Positions 10,765 to 21,348 of a DNA stretch of 32,000 bases are shown here, one piece after another. The stretch is from Deinococcus radiodurans R1 = ATCC 13939 = DSM 20539. Its GTDB lineage: Bacteria > Deinococcota > Deinococci > Deinococcales > Deinococcaceae. Positions within the stretch are counted from its first letter, which is position 1. Each line of letters begins with the position of its first letter. The DNA is taken from contig NC_001263.1 in the NCBI RefSeq assembly GCF_000008565.1, positions 2,503,347 to 2,535,346 of the forward strand, written 5' to 3'. The translations under genes were made by a program, and so were the position numbers. The notes under the pieces were generated by a model, which was given only the letters and a program-made list of their open reading frames with translations, made no database searches and was not told the DNA's origin.

Positions 10765-11142
10765 TCAGTGCCGCTCGGCCAGCACCTCGATTTCCACCCG
10801 CACGTCGCGCGGCAACCGGGCCACCTGCACGGTGCTGCGGGCCGGGTAGGGCGCGGTGAAGTGCTGCTCGTACACGGCGTTCATGGCTGTGAACTCGTTC
10901 ATGTCGGCCAGAAAGACCGTGGTTTTGACCACCCGGTCGAGGTCGGTGCCAGCCGCAGCGAGCACGGCCCGCAGGTTCTGGATGACCTGTTCGGTCTGCT
11001 CGGCGATGCCGCCGGTCACGAGTTCGCCTTGCGCCGTAAGTGGAATCTGCCCGCTGGTGACGACCAAGTTGCCGAAAGTCACGGCCTGGCTGTAGGGGCC
11101 GATGGCGGCGGGGGCGTCCGCAGTCTGCACGATGTCTTTCAT
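10765..11142 (-). CDS. ridA: RidA/YjgF/TdcF family reactive-intermediate deaminase
   Basis: The 125-aa ORF carries APAAIGPYSQA, TSGQIPL and VEIE, typical of the RidA family. Confidence 0.9.
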   Translation of the reverse strand: MKDIVQTADAPAAIGPYSQAVTFGNLVVTSGQIPLTAQGELVTGGIAEQTEQVIQNLRAVLAAAGTDLDRVVKTTVFLADMNEFTAMNAVYEQHFTAPYPARSTVQVARLPRDVRVEIEVLAERH

Positions 11143-11183
11143 GCCTTACTGTACGCCGCCGGGTGCCTCGTAAGAGAGGCAGG

Positions 11184-12245
11184 TCAGGGCACTTGCCTTT
11201 TCAGCGCGTGAGCGTCATCTGTTGCCAGGGATAGGCGCCGACCTGCTCCGCTCAGACGGCGGGCGCGGCGGCGGCGCGACAGCACCTTGCTCGTCGTCAC
11301 GATCAGGACGCCCACCACGAAGCCGAGCAGAGCGATGAGCGCGCTGTTTTCGGGAATCAGCATGACGCCGAGCAAGGTGAAATAGGCCAGCGTGAGCAGC
11401 AGGTAGGTCAGCAGACTGCCGCCCCGGCGGGTGCTGAGCAGCACCTCGGCGTACTCGGGGCCGTCGCCGGGCGACTCGGGGAGGGGATAACTGGGCAGCC
11501 GCTGCGAGCGCAGCACGTCCACGACGACCGCCGTGATGTTGTCGGGGCCGCCCGCGTCGTTGGCGGCTTCGATCAGTTGCGCGGCGATGTCCTGCGGCGC
11601 CTGGGGCTGGGCCAGCAGCGACAGCAACTCGGCTTCAGAGACCACGCCGCTCAGGCCGTCGCTGCACAGCAGCAGTCGGTCGCCGCCTTGCAGTTCCAGG
11701 CCGAACAGTTCGAGCCGCACCCGTTCCTCCCCGCCCAGCGCGTTGCTCACCACGCTGCGCCACTGGTGGTGCCGGGCCTCGGCCTCGGTCAGCATGCCCA
11801 TACGGACCTGCTCGGCCACCCAGGAGTGGTCGTCGGTCAGGCGCAACAGTTCGCCGCCACGCAGCAGATAGGCCCGCGAGTCGCCTACGTGCGCGATGAG
11901 GGCCGCGCCCCGGTCAATCGCCACCGCCAGCAGCGTGGTGCCCATGCCGACGAGTTCGCCCACCGCCCGCTGCACCACCGCCAGATTGGCCGCCTGCACC
12001 GCCTCGATCAGCCGGGCGGGGGGCCGCGACCGCCCTTGCACATAGGTCTGAGCGAGCGTGTCGAGCGCCAGCGACGAGGCGAGTTCGCCGCCCGCGTGCC
12101 CGCCCATACCATCGGCCACGGCGTACAGGCCCCCCTGCGGGAGCGGCAGTGCCAGCGCCGCGTCCTGATTCGCTCCCCCCGCCCGCTGGCGGCCCACATC
12201 GGTCAGCAGGCCCGTGACCAGAAAGGGGGAAGAAGCGGACGCCAT
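11184..12245 (-). CDS. PP2C-family Ser/Thr protein phosphatase with a C-terminal two-TM anchor
   Basis: [21 protein letters not shown] and GGPDNIT are PP2C motifs. There are two hydrophobic segments near the C-terminus. TATAGT (12254-12259) lies 8 nt before the ATG. Confidence 0.9.
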   Translation of the reverse strand: MASASSPFLVTGLLTDVGRQRAGGANQDAALALPLPQGGLYAVADGMGGHAGGELASSLALDTLAQTYVQGRSRPPARLIEAVQAANLAVVQRAVGELVGMGTTLLAVAIDRGAALIAHVGDSRAYLLRGGELLRLTDDHSWVAEQVRMGMLTEAEARHHQWRSVVSNALGGEERVRLELFGLELQGGDRLLLCSDGLSGVVSEAELLSLLAQPQAPQDIAAQLIEAANDAGGPDNITAVVVDVLRSQRLPSYPLPESPGDGPEYAEVLLSTRRGGSLLTYLLLTLAYFTLLGVMLIPENSALIALLGFVVGVLIVTTSKVLSRRRRARRLSGAGRRLSLATDDAHALKRQVP

Positions 12246-12412
12246 ACGTGAGTACTATAAAACAGCGAGTCAGATATGGCGTCAGGCCTGCCGGGGATTG
12301 CAGCGCCGGGACAGGGGCCACCTGGAGGCCGTCCAGCACCACATTTTCTGAGGTCGGAGGTCAGACCGTCAGGAAGCTCAAGCCAAAGCTGTCAGGAGAC
12401 AGGGCCCCGTTT

Positions 12413-13003
12413 TCAGGCCGGGTCTGCCGGGCGGGGAAAAGCCGGGGTCTCGAAGCGGGGATGTTTGCCGCGCACCCCTTCGAGCAAGCGGCGAATCTCG
12501 GCAAAGTCGGCGTCGATGTCGCCCGTCGGGGTCACGTAGCCCACGATTCCCACCTGTTTGCGGCCCCAGTCGAGCGCCATGACCGCCAACGGCACCCCGG
12601 CTTCGAGGGCCATGTAATAAAACCCGGTTTTCCAGTAGTCACCCTGGGCGCGGGTGCCTTCGGGCGCGACGAGCAGGACGATTTCGGGTTCGCGCCGGAT
12701 GATCTCGACCACCGCGTCCACGAAGTTGCCCCCCCGGCGGCGGCGGTCGATGGGAATACCGCCCACCGCGCGCATAAAGCCGCCGAGGGGAAAGCGGAAC
12801 AGCGTGTGTTTGCCGACAAAATGCACCGGCGTGCGGGTGGCCCATTTCCAGAACAGGCCCACCCAGAAGTCCTCGTTGGCGGTGTGCGGCGCCGCCGGGG
12901 CCACCAGCCGGGGACCGGGCACCGGCGCGAGCAGCGGCGTCCACCCGCTCAGGCGCAGGCACGCCAGCGCCGCGCGCGAGCCCAGGGTGTGGGGGCGGTT
13001 CAT
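12413..13003 (-). CDS. PlsC-type (lysophospholipid) acyltransferase
   Basis: HX4D motif HTANED, and the APEGTR motif within LVAPEGTRA. The start is uncertain: ATG 13003 was chosen, GTG 13018 is possible, and the track start 13168 would overlap the upstream gene. Confidence 0.75.
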   Translation of the reverse strand: MNRPHTLGSRAALACLRLSGWTPLLAPVPGPRLVAPAAPHTANEDFWVGLFWKWATRTPVHFVGKHTLFRFPLGGFMRAVGGIPIDRRRRGGNFVDAVVEIIRREPEIVLLVAPEGTRAQGDYWKTGFYYMALEAGVPLAVMALDWGRKQVGIVGYVTPTGDIDADFAEIRRLLEGVRGKHPRFETPAFPRPADPA

Positions 13004-13116
13004 CCAGGTGGGGGACACAGCCTGAAGTATGTCGCCCCGCGCCGTGCAAGCTTCTGACAGGGGACGGCGTTCAAATCGCGCTTGGTCAACTCTCGCTCTG
13101 GGATGGAGCGCGTGCT

Positions 13117-14334
13117 TTACGGCGTCGGCGGCCCCAGCACCACCACCGACGGGTCGCGCAGCGGGCACAGCCGCAGCACCTCGCGCACCTGCTCCGGCGT
13201 GATGGCGGCGTACCGCTCGGCAAGCTGCGCGGGCGTGCGGAGTTCGCCGGTCGCCAGATGTTCCATGCCGAGCAGAAAGAGGCGGCCCTGCGGGGTTTCC
13301 GAACGCAGCAACAGCGACACGGCGGCCTTGCGCGCGGCGCGGCGCACGCTGAGGTCGGTGATGAGAGACTCGGCACTGTCGAGCACGGCGCGAAAACGGT
13401 CCAGTGCTTCTTGCGCTCGGTCAGGGTCGCAGGAAAAGCCGCCCTCGAACACGCCCGCGTCGCGGTACTCGATGTGCCCCAGGTCGGCGCTGTCGGCCAG
13501 CCCGGTATCGAGCAGCGCCCAGTACAGCGCTCCGTTTTCCCCGCCGATGAGCTCGGCGAGCAGCCCGGCGGCCTCGCGCAGCGGGTGACTAACCGGCAGC
13601 CCCGGCAGCGCAAGGGCCACCTGGGTGCGCGTCAGCTCGGGGTCGGTGACCCAACGCACCTGACCCGGCCAGTGGGGCGCGGGCGCGGCGTCCGGCAGGC
13701 GCGGCGTGCCGGACGGCCAGCCGGCGAGTTCGCGCTCCGCCCAGGCCCGCACTTCCGCCGGGTCGAAAGCGCCGCTGAGCACCAGCGTGACCCGTTCGGC
13801 GCCGTAGCGCTCCGCGAAGTGGCGCTGTAACGCCGGGCGGTCGAGCCGCCGCAACGTCTCGGGCGTCCCCAGAATCTGGTGCGCCAGGGGATGCTCGCCC
13901 CAGTAGTCGCGCCGCAGGGCCTCGGCCACCCGCACGCCGGGCTGCTCGGCGTACATGGCAATTTCTTCCAGAATCACGCCGCGCTCGGGGTCGATGTCTG
14001 CCGGGCGCAGCGCCGGGCGCAGCAGTTCGGTCAGGGTAGCGAGCAGCTCCCCGGTGCACTCGGGCAGCGCGGCGGCGTGGTAGACGGTGGCTTCCTCGGC
14101 GGTAAAAGCGTTGGCCTGCCCGCCGAGGTTGTCGAGCTGCTCGTTGAGGGCGGCGGCACTCAGGCGCTCGGAGCCCTTGAACATCAGGTGTTCGAGAAAA
14201 TGGCTGGCGCCCATCTCCCCCGCCGGTTCGTCGCGCGCGCCGGTCGCCACGAAGTAGCCCGCCGCCACGCTCAGCGCCGCCGGGTCGGGGTCGAGCAGCA
14301 GGGTCAGGCCGTTCGGCAGGCGCTCGCAGGTCAG
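13117..14334 (-). CDS. M16 (pitrilysin) family zinc peptidase, catalytically competent subunit
   Basis: HFLEH zinc motif (HXXEH). The conserved N-terminal strand [11 protein letters not shown] lies upstream of the first GTG (14268), and only a CTG (14334-14332) is available before the in-frame stop at 14347-14349. The 5' end is therefore uncertain. Confidence 0.8.
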   Translation of the reverse strand: MTCERLPNGLTLLLDPDPAALSVAAGYFVATGARDEPAGEMGASHFLEHLMFKGSERLSAAALNEQLDNLGGQANAFTAEEATVYHAAALPECTGELLATLTELLRPALRPADIDPERGVILEEIAMYAEQPGVRVAEALRRDYWGEHPLAHQILGTPETLRRLDRPALQRHFAERYGAERVTLVLSGAFDPAEVRAWAERELAGWPSGTPRLPDAAPAPHWPGQVRWVTDPELTRTQVALALPGLPVSHPLREAAGLLAELIGGENGALYWALLDTGLADSADLGHIEYRDAGVFEGGFSCDPDRAQEALDRFRAVLDSAESLITDLSVRRAARKAAVSLLLRSETPQGRLFLLGMEHLATGELRTPAQLAERYAAITPEQVREVLRLCPLRDPSVVVLGPPTP

Positions 14335-14338
14335 GCTG

Positions 14339-15630
14339 TCACGCGCTCACCGCCAGAGTGCGGTCGGGAGCATCCGGCCCCAGCGACACCACCGTGATCT
14401 GCTCGGCGGGATGGTAATTCGCCAGAAATGCGTTGACCTGCCCGAGCGTCAGAGCGCTCAGTTCGGCGCGCACCTCGCCGGGTGGCCGCACCCGCCCGAA
14501 CAGCGCGAGGTCGCGGGTCAGGGCATAAGCGCGGCTGCGCAGGCTCTCGGCGCCGAAGACCACGCCGGTCGTCAGCGCGGTGCGGGCGCGGCGAAACTCG
14601 GCCTCGCTCAGACCCTGCGAGAGCACGTCGAGCTCGGCCAGCAGCACGTCCAGCGTTGCGGGGGCGTTGGCCGGGGTGCTGCCCGCGTAGAGGCTGACGA
14701 AGCCCTCGCCGCCGAGCACCAGCGGCGTGGCGCTCACCTCGTAGGCAAGGCCGCGTTCCTCGCGCACGCGGGTAAACAGCCGGCTGGCACTGCCGCCCGA
14801 CAGCGCTGTGAGCGCCAATTGCCAGGGCAGCCAGTCGGGGTCACGTGGGCCGGGGCCAGGGGCGACGAGGCTCAGATGGGTCTGCTCGCCCGTCGCGGAG
14901 GGCAGATGCAGCCGCAGTCCAGGCTGAAAATGCGCCGGCATGGGCCGGTCCTCGCCGGGCTGCCAGTCGGCAAAGAGGCCCGCGACGAGCTCATACACCT
15001 CCTGCGCGTCGGCATCGGCCACCACACCGAGCACGCTGCCGCGCTGTCCGAACCGCGCCCAGTGCGCCCGCAGTGACGCCGCGCTCAGACGCTCCAGCCC
15101 GGCGAGGGTGCCGCTGATGGGGTGCCCGAAGCCCGCGCCCGGGTCGCCCGGCAACCGGGGAAAGGTCGCCGCCCGCGCCTGCACCGCCAGCCGGTCGGTG
15201 GGGCTGTCGTCGAGCGATTCGAGGTCCTGCCGAGCGAGGTCGAGCAGCGTCGGCAGCTCTCCAGCGGGCAACGTGGGGCGCGTCACCACGTCGGCCACCA
15301 GCGCGAGTGCCGCGCCGAGGTCGGCCCGCAGCCGCTGACGTGCAGCCGGGTGGCTTCCAGGCTGACCCCGCCGCCCCGGCGCACGCCCAGGTCGTCGAAG
15401 GCGTCTTGCAGTTGCCGCGCGTCCCGGCGTTGGTTGGCAGCGGTGGCCGCGCCCTTGTAGAGCCACTCCTCGATGACCGCCAGGCTGCCTTCCTCCCCCA
15501 CCGGGTCATGGGCACTGCCGAGCGGCACCCGCAGGTCGAAGGCGAAGCCCGGCCCGGCGCGGCGCTCGAAGGCCAGCGTCAGGCCGCCGGGCAGGGTCCA
15601 GACATGAAAAGCGGGAGCAGACGGCAACAC
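14339..15630 (-). pseudogene. M16 family peptidase, non-catalytic subunit, interrupted by a frameshift as given
   Basis: The N-terminal part (15283-15630) and the remainder (14339-15466) are in different frames. They join logically at ..ATRLHVSG / [15 protein letters not shown] near 15327-15340, where one nt appears to be missing. AVIEE replaces HXXEH. GTG start with TACACT 6 nt upstream. Confidence 0.7.
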
Positions 15631-15770
15631 CGGCGGAGTGTAGCGCCGTCAGGAAACACCGAATGGAAGGACGTGGGGAAGAGCAGCTCCTCGCAGATGA
15701 GAAAAGTTCACCCGGACCTTCACCGCTCTGTGCCGCTGCGGTCAGAACTTTTTTTCTACGCTGCCGGGCG

Positions 15771-16796
15771 ATGAAAAGCCCCCTGACCCTGCCCGCCCTG
15801 CTCGCGGCCTCCCTTCTGCTCGGCGCCTGCGGTTCGGCGCCCGGTTCGTCCACCAGCGCCGACCGCACCCCGCCCCGCGTGACCCTGGACGCCCTCCCAG
15901 GCACCGTGCGCCCCGGCAAGGTGCAGGTACAGGCGACGGCGAGCGACGACGTGGCCGTTCGGGAAGTGCGCTTCTATCTCAACGACAAATTGGTGGACAC
16001 CGACCGCACCGAGCCGTACCAGACCACCTACGACCTGTCCCAAAGCGGCAGCTTCGTCCTCAAGGCCGTGGCGGTGGACACCAGCGGCAACGAGAGCGCC
16101 CCGGCAACCCAGACGGTGAAGGTGATCAACGACACCACCGCGCCGCAGTTGACGGTGGAGGCGCCCGGCACCATTACCCAGCCGGGCGTCTACAAGATCA
16201 CGGTGCGGGCGAGCGACGACGTGCAGCTCGCTTACGTGGACGCGGCGCTGACCCTGAATCTGCCGAGCGGGGCGCAATCCCAGCGCCAGCGCTTCGATGC
16301 CCCAAAGGACGTGGCGCAGGCCGAGTGGTCGTTCGACCTGCCGATCAGTGATAGCTCCTTCAACGGCACCCACAGCCTGACGCTGGTGGCCTACGACGCG
16401 GCGGGCAACGCCAGCGCTCCGCTGACCCGCACGGTGGTGGTCAATGTCCCGGCGGGCCAGCCCCAGCCGCCAGTCACGACGCCGACGACGGGCGACACCG
16501 TGGCTCCCACCGTGCGCCTGACGCTGCCCACCACGACCATCACGCAGGCGGGCAACTACACGGTGCGGGTCGAAGCGAGCGACAACGTCGCCGTGACCTC
16601 GCTGCAAGCCGAGCTGGCCCTGACAGGCGGCACGGTGGTGCCCTTGACCCTCTCGCCCACTCAGACCGAGTTCGTGGTGCCGGTGGACGCGAGCTACCGA
16701 GCGTTCAACGGCCCGGCCACCCTGACCGTGTTCGCCCGTGACGCGGCGGGCAACGAGGGGTCCGACCGTCAGGCCTTGACGTTGCGCCTGCCCTGA
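15771..16796 (+). CDS. Lipoprotein with three tandem Ig-like domains
   Basis: Signal and lipobox MKSPLTLPALLAASLLLGAC. Three ~100-aa repeats each begin D/R-T-x-x-P-x-V/L and contain ASD[DN]V and D-x-[AS]-GN. TACGCT lies 8 nt before ATG 15771. Confidence 0.8.
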   Translation: MKSPLTLPALLAASLLLGACGSAPGSSTSADRTPPRVTLDALPGTVRPGKVQVQATASDDVAVREVRFYLNDKLVDTDRTEPYQTTYDLSQSGSFVLKAVAVDTSGNESAPATQTVKVINDTTAPQLTVEAPGTITQPGVYKITVRASDDVQLAYVDAALTLNLPSGAQSQRQRFDAPKDVAQAEWSFDLPISDSSFNGTHSLTLVAYDAAGNASAPLTRTVVVNVPAGQPQPPVTTPTTGDTVAPTVRLTLPTTTITQAGNYTVRVEASDNVAVTSLQAELALTGGTVVPLTLSPTQTEFVVPVDASYRAFNGPATLTVFARDAAGNEGSDRQALTLRLP

Positions 16797-16921
16797 GCTT
16801 TGCATTCCTGCATAGACCCCGCCTGCCCCCTGGCAGGGTCTTGAATTTTGACGAACAGGACGGAAAGCAGAACACCCGCCGCCCCACGATATTCAGAGAA
16901 CTGCTCTAGACTCAGCGGGTT

Positions 16922-18928
16922 ATGCCGCTGACCCCTGGAACCCTGCTGGCCGGGCGCTACGAGTTGCTCGCCCTGCTCGGCGAGGGCGGCAGCGCGCAGG
17001 TCTACCGCGCCCAGGACGGGCTGCTGGGGCGCGAGGTGGCGCTCAAGGTGATGCACGATTACCTGCCCGAGTCCGACCGCAGCCGCTTTCTGCGCGAGGT
17101 CCGCACCCTGGCGCGGCTCACCCACCCCGGCGTGGTTCCGGTGCTCGACCTGGGGCAGGAGCCGGAGGCCGGGCGGCCCTTTTTCACCATGCCGCTGCTG
17201 ACCGGTGGGCCGATTACCCGGCTGGGGCCGCTGGAAGACGCGCCGGGGCCACTCGCCCGCTTTCTGACCGCTGCCGCCTTCGCGTCGCGGGCGCTGCATC
17301 ACGTTCACAGTCACGGCATCGTGCACCGCGACCTGACGCCGGGCAACGTGCTGCTCGACGACACCGGGCTGCCGCGCATCATGGATTTCGGGCTGGTGGC
17401 GCTGTCCGAACAGACCCGGCACCTCACCCGCAGTGGAGTGACGCTGGGCACGCCCGCTTATATGGCACCCGAGCAGGCCAAAGGCGGCGGGGTGGACGCC
17501 CGCAGCGACCTCTACGCGCTGGGGGCGGTGCTCTACCGGGTGGCGTGCGGCAGTCCGCCTTTCGTGGGCGACAGCGACCAGAGCGTGCTTTATCAGCACG
17601 TATACGAGCCGGTGCCCGACCCGCGCGACCTGAACCCGGCGGTGCCCGACGCGGTGGCGCGGGTGCTGCTGTGGCTGCTCGCCAAGCGGGCCGACCGGCG
17701 GCCCCAGAGCGGGGCGGCGCTCGCGCACCTGTGGGCACTGGCCCGGCGCGACCTGTGGACCACCCACGCGCGCGGCCAGTACCGGGGGGGCCGCGCCCGC
17801 ACCGGCGAGCACCCCGACGGCCCCGCCCGCGTCTCCGACATGCAGGAACTGTGGAGCGTGGCGCTGCCCGGCGAGGTGACGTGGCCCGCCGCCGTGGTGG
17901 GCGAGGGCGACCTGGTGGCGGTGGGGACGCGGGGCGGGCAACTGGTGCTCACCCACACCTCCGGGCGGCCCTTCGCCACCTACGCGGCGCGCGACGAGGT
18001 GACGGCCCCCGCCACCCTGATCGGCGGGCACGTGCTCTACGGCGCCTGGGACGGCACGCTGCGCCGGGTGGAGCTTCAGAGTGGCAGCGAGGTCTGGCGG
18101 CATCAGGCCCGCGCCGAGTTCACCGGGGCGCCCACGGTGTGGGGCGGGCGCCTGCTCGCGCCGAGCCGCGACGGGCACCTGCACGCCCTGAGCCTGCGGA
18201 CCGGCGAACTCGCCTGGGCCTACCGCGCCGGGGGCTCGCTGGCCGCGAGTCCGCTCGTCTGGGCGGGCGCCGCGCTGCAATGCGACGAAACCGGCTGGCT
18301 GCACGCCCTCGACGCCCGCTCCGGCACGCCGCTGTGGAAGGTGGAAGTGGGCACCGTCCACGCCACGCCCGCGCTGCTGCCCGGTCCGCCCGGCACGGCC
18401 ACGCTGGTCATCGCCACCTGGGAAGGCGAAGTGCACGCGATTGGCCTCGAAGTCCAGAATGGCCGCGCGGCGCTGGCCGGTGAGGACGCCATCCGCTGGA
18501 CCTACGACGTGGAAGACGAGGTGTGGGCCTCCCCCGCGCTCACGGCGCTCGACCTGCCGCCCGACTCCGGCGCGGCGCCCGACGCTTCGGCGGCCCCCGG
18601 CGGCGTGGTCGTCGTCGCCGGGTGGGGCGGCAAGGTACGCGGCCTGCGGCTCGCCGACGGCGAAGACCTCTGGGAGCGCACGCTGGATGGCCGGGTGACC
18701 GCCAGCCCGGTCATCAGCGCGGGACTGGTTTTTCTGGCGACCGAGGGCGGCGAACTGCTCGCGCTCGATGTCCGCAATGGAGAGGTGCGCTGGACCTGCC
18801 GCGAACGCAGCGGCGTGCAGGCGACCCCACTGGCGGCGAGCGGCACCCTCTACGTCGCCTTCATGGACGGTACCCTGCGCGCCTACCGCAACGCCCACCC
18901 CGAGTGGCGCAGCGAGCAGGAAGGGTAG
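16922..18928 (+). CDS. rqkA: Eukaryotic-type Ser/Thr protein kinase with a C-terminal PQQ-like beta-propeller
   Basis: [28 protein letters not shown] and APE kinase motifs. The C-terminal half has repeated W-containing propeller blades. Size and neighbourhood match my memory of DR_2518 (RqkA). Confidence 0.85.
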   Translation: MPLTPGTLLAGRYELLALLGEGGSAQVYRAQDGLLGREVALKVMHDYLPESDRSRFLREVRTLARLTHPGVVPVLDLGQEPEAGRPFFTMPLLTGGPITRLGPLEDAPGPLARFLTAAAFASRALHHVHSHGIVHRDLTPGNVLLDDTGLPRIMDFGLVALSEQTRHLTRSGVTLGTPAYMAPEQAKGGGVDARSDLYALGAVLYRVACGSPPFVGDSDQSVLYQHVYEPVPDPRDLNPAVPDAVARVLLWLLAKRADRRPQSGAALAHLWALARRDLWTTHARGQYRGGRARTGEHPDGPARVSDMQELWSVALPGEVTWPAAVVGEGDLVAVGTRGGQLVLTHTSGRPFATYAARDEVTAPATLIGGHVLYGAWDGTLRRVELQSGSEVWRHQARAEFTGAPTVWGGRLLAPSRDGHLHALSLRTGELAWAYRAGGSLAASPLVWAGAALQCDETGWLHALDARSGTPLWKVEVGTVHATPALLPGPPGTATLVIATWEGEVHAIGLEVQNGRAALAGEDAIRWTYDVEDEVWASPALTALDLPPDSGAAPDASAAPGGVVVVAGWGGKVRGLRLADGEDLWERTLDGRVTASPVISAGLVFLATEGGELLALDVRNGEVRWTCRERSGVQATPLAASGTLYVAFMDGTLRAYRNAHPEWRSEQEG

Positions 18929-18960
18929 AAAAGCGCTGGCCCATTGAGAGCTAAATCTTT

Positions 18961-19344
18961 CTACGACTGCTGCGCCTCTGCCACCTCAGCCTCCCAGCGC
19001 CGCAACAGCTTTTCGGCCTCTTCCAGCGTGCGGCGGCGTTCGGCCAGCACCTCGGTGAGGCGGTCAAGGGCTTGCTCGGCTTTTTTCAGCCGGAGGGGAG
19101 CCGGGTCGCCGGGCTGCCGGATGTCCAGCAAGGCCCGAATCTCACGGATGCCGAAGCCCACGCCGCGCAGCGCGGTGATGACACTCAGGGTGTCGAGCAC
19201 GCGCGGGTCATAGCAGCGGGCCGCTGTCTCCAGGCGGGGCAGCGCGGCAATCAGTCCTGCGTCCTCGTAGTAGCGCAGCGCCGAGGCCGGGCAGCCGGAA
19301 CGTTCGGCCACCTCGCGAATGCTCAGGGACGGAAGTGGAGCCAC
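18961..19344 (-). CDS. MerR family transcriptional regulator (short form with no obvious metal-binding Cys cluster)
   Basis: HTH LSIREVAERSGCPASALRYYEDAGLI, followed by a coiled-coil. The start is set at GTG 19344. The longer track ORF adds an implausible Cys/Trp-rich extension. Confidence 0.8.
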   Translation of the reverse strand: MAPLPSLSIREVAERSGCPASALRYYEDAGLIAALPRLETAARCYDPRVLDTLSVITALRGVGFGIREIRALLDIRQPGDPAPLRLKKAEQALDRLTEVLAERRRTLEEAEKLLRRWEAEVAEAQQS

Positions 19345-19408
19345 AGGCCAAAAAGGAGCGCAACGATGACAAAACGCACGGCGATGTGCAGCGGGTTGAC
19401 ATTCCCGC

Positions 19409-19627
19409 TCACAGCACGCCCATCCAAACTGGGGCCACCATCCCGAGCAGGCACCCCACGAGCACCGCTGCCGGAAGACCCCGCCACACTCCACCCAGAA
19501 TCAGCAGGGCCGCTGCCATAAAAACCGCAGAGGCCCCCGTCGTGCCCCAGGCCTGGGTCGGAGCCACGAAGGCCAGAAAGATGTTCAGGAGGCCAAACAG
19601 CCCCAGCGGAAGCGCAGACCAATTCAT
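19409..19627 (-). CDS. Small hydrophobic membrane protein (three predicted TM segments)
   Basis: 72 aa from ATG 19627 (MNWSALPLGLFGLL...). It lies directly downstream of the MerR-type promoter and upstream of the MerR gene on the same strand. Confidence 0.6.
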   Translation of the reverse strand: MNWSALPLGLFGLLNIFLAFVAPTQAWGTTGASAVFMAAALLILGGVWRGLPAAVLVGCLLGMVAPVWMGVL

Positions 19628-19634
19628 GGTGCTC

Positions 19635-19665
19635 ACGCTAGAAGTTCAAGCGCACTTGAAGTCAA
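19635..19665 (-). promoter_or_regulatory. MerR-type promoter with a 19-bp spacer and an operator dyad
   Basis: On the minus strand: TTGACT (19665-19660), a 19-nt spacer containing TTCAAG-tgcg-CTTGAA (19660-19645), then TAGCGT (19640-19635), then 7 nt to ATG 19627. Confidence 0.6.
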
Positions 19666-19673
19666 GCGCCCGT

Positions 19674-21248
<1,575 letters not shown>

Positions 21249-21348
21249 GATTCACCCCTTTCGAGGCAACACTGGCGGCCCCGAGGAAACAGGGAAGTTT
21301 AGCAGAAAGCGGGCGGACGTGCTGTCTCTTTCCCCGCTTAACCCCGGC

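Noticed and set aside
16769-18898. 709-aa minus-strand ORF opposite rqkA.
   Set aside because: It is codon-aligned antisense to a gene with unmistakable kinase motifs. The translation is an Arg/Gly/Pro/Ala-rich artefact typical of high-GC DNA.
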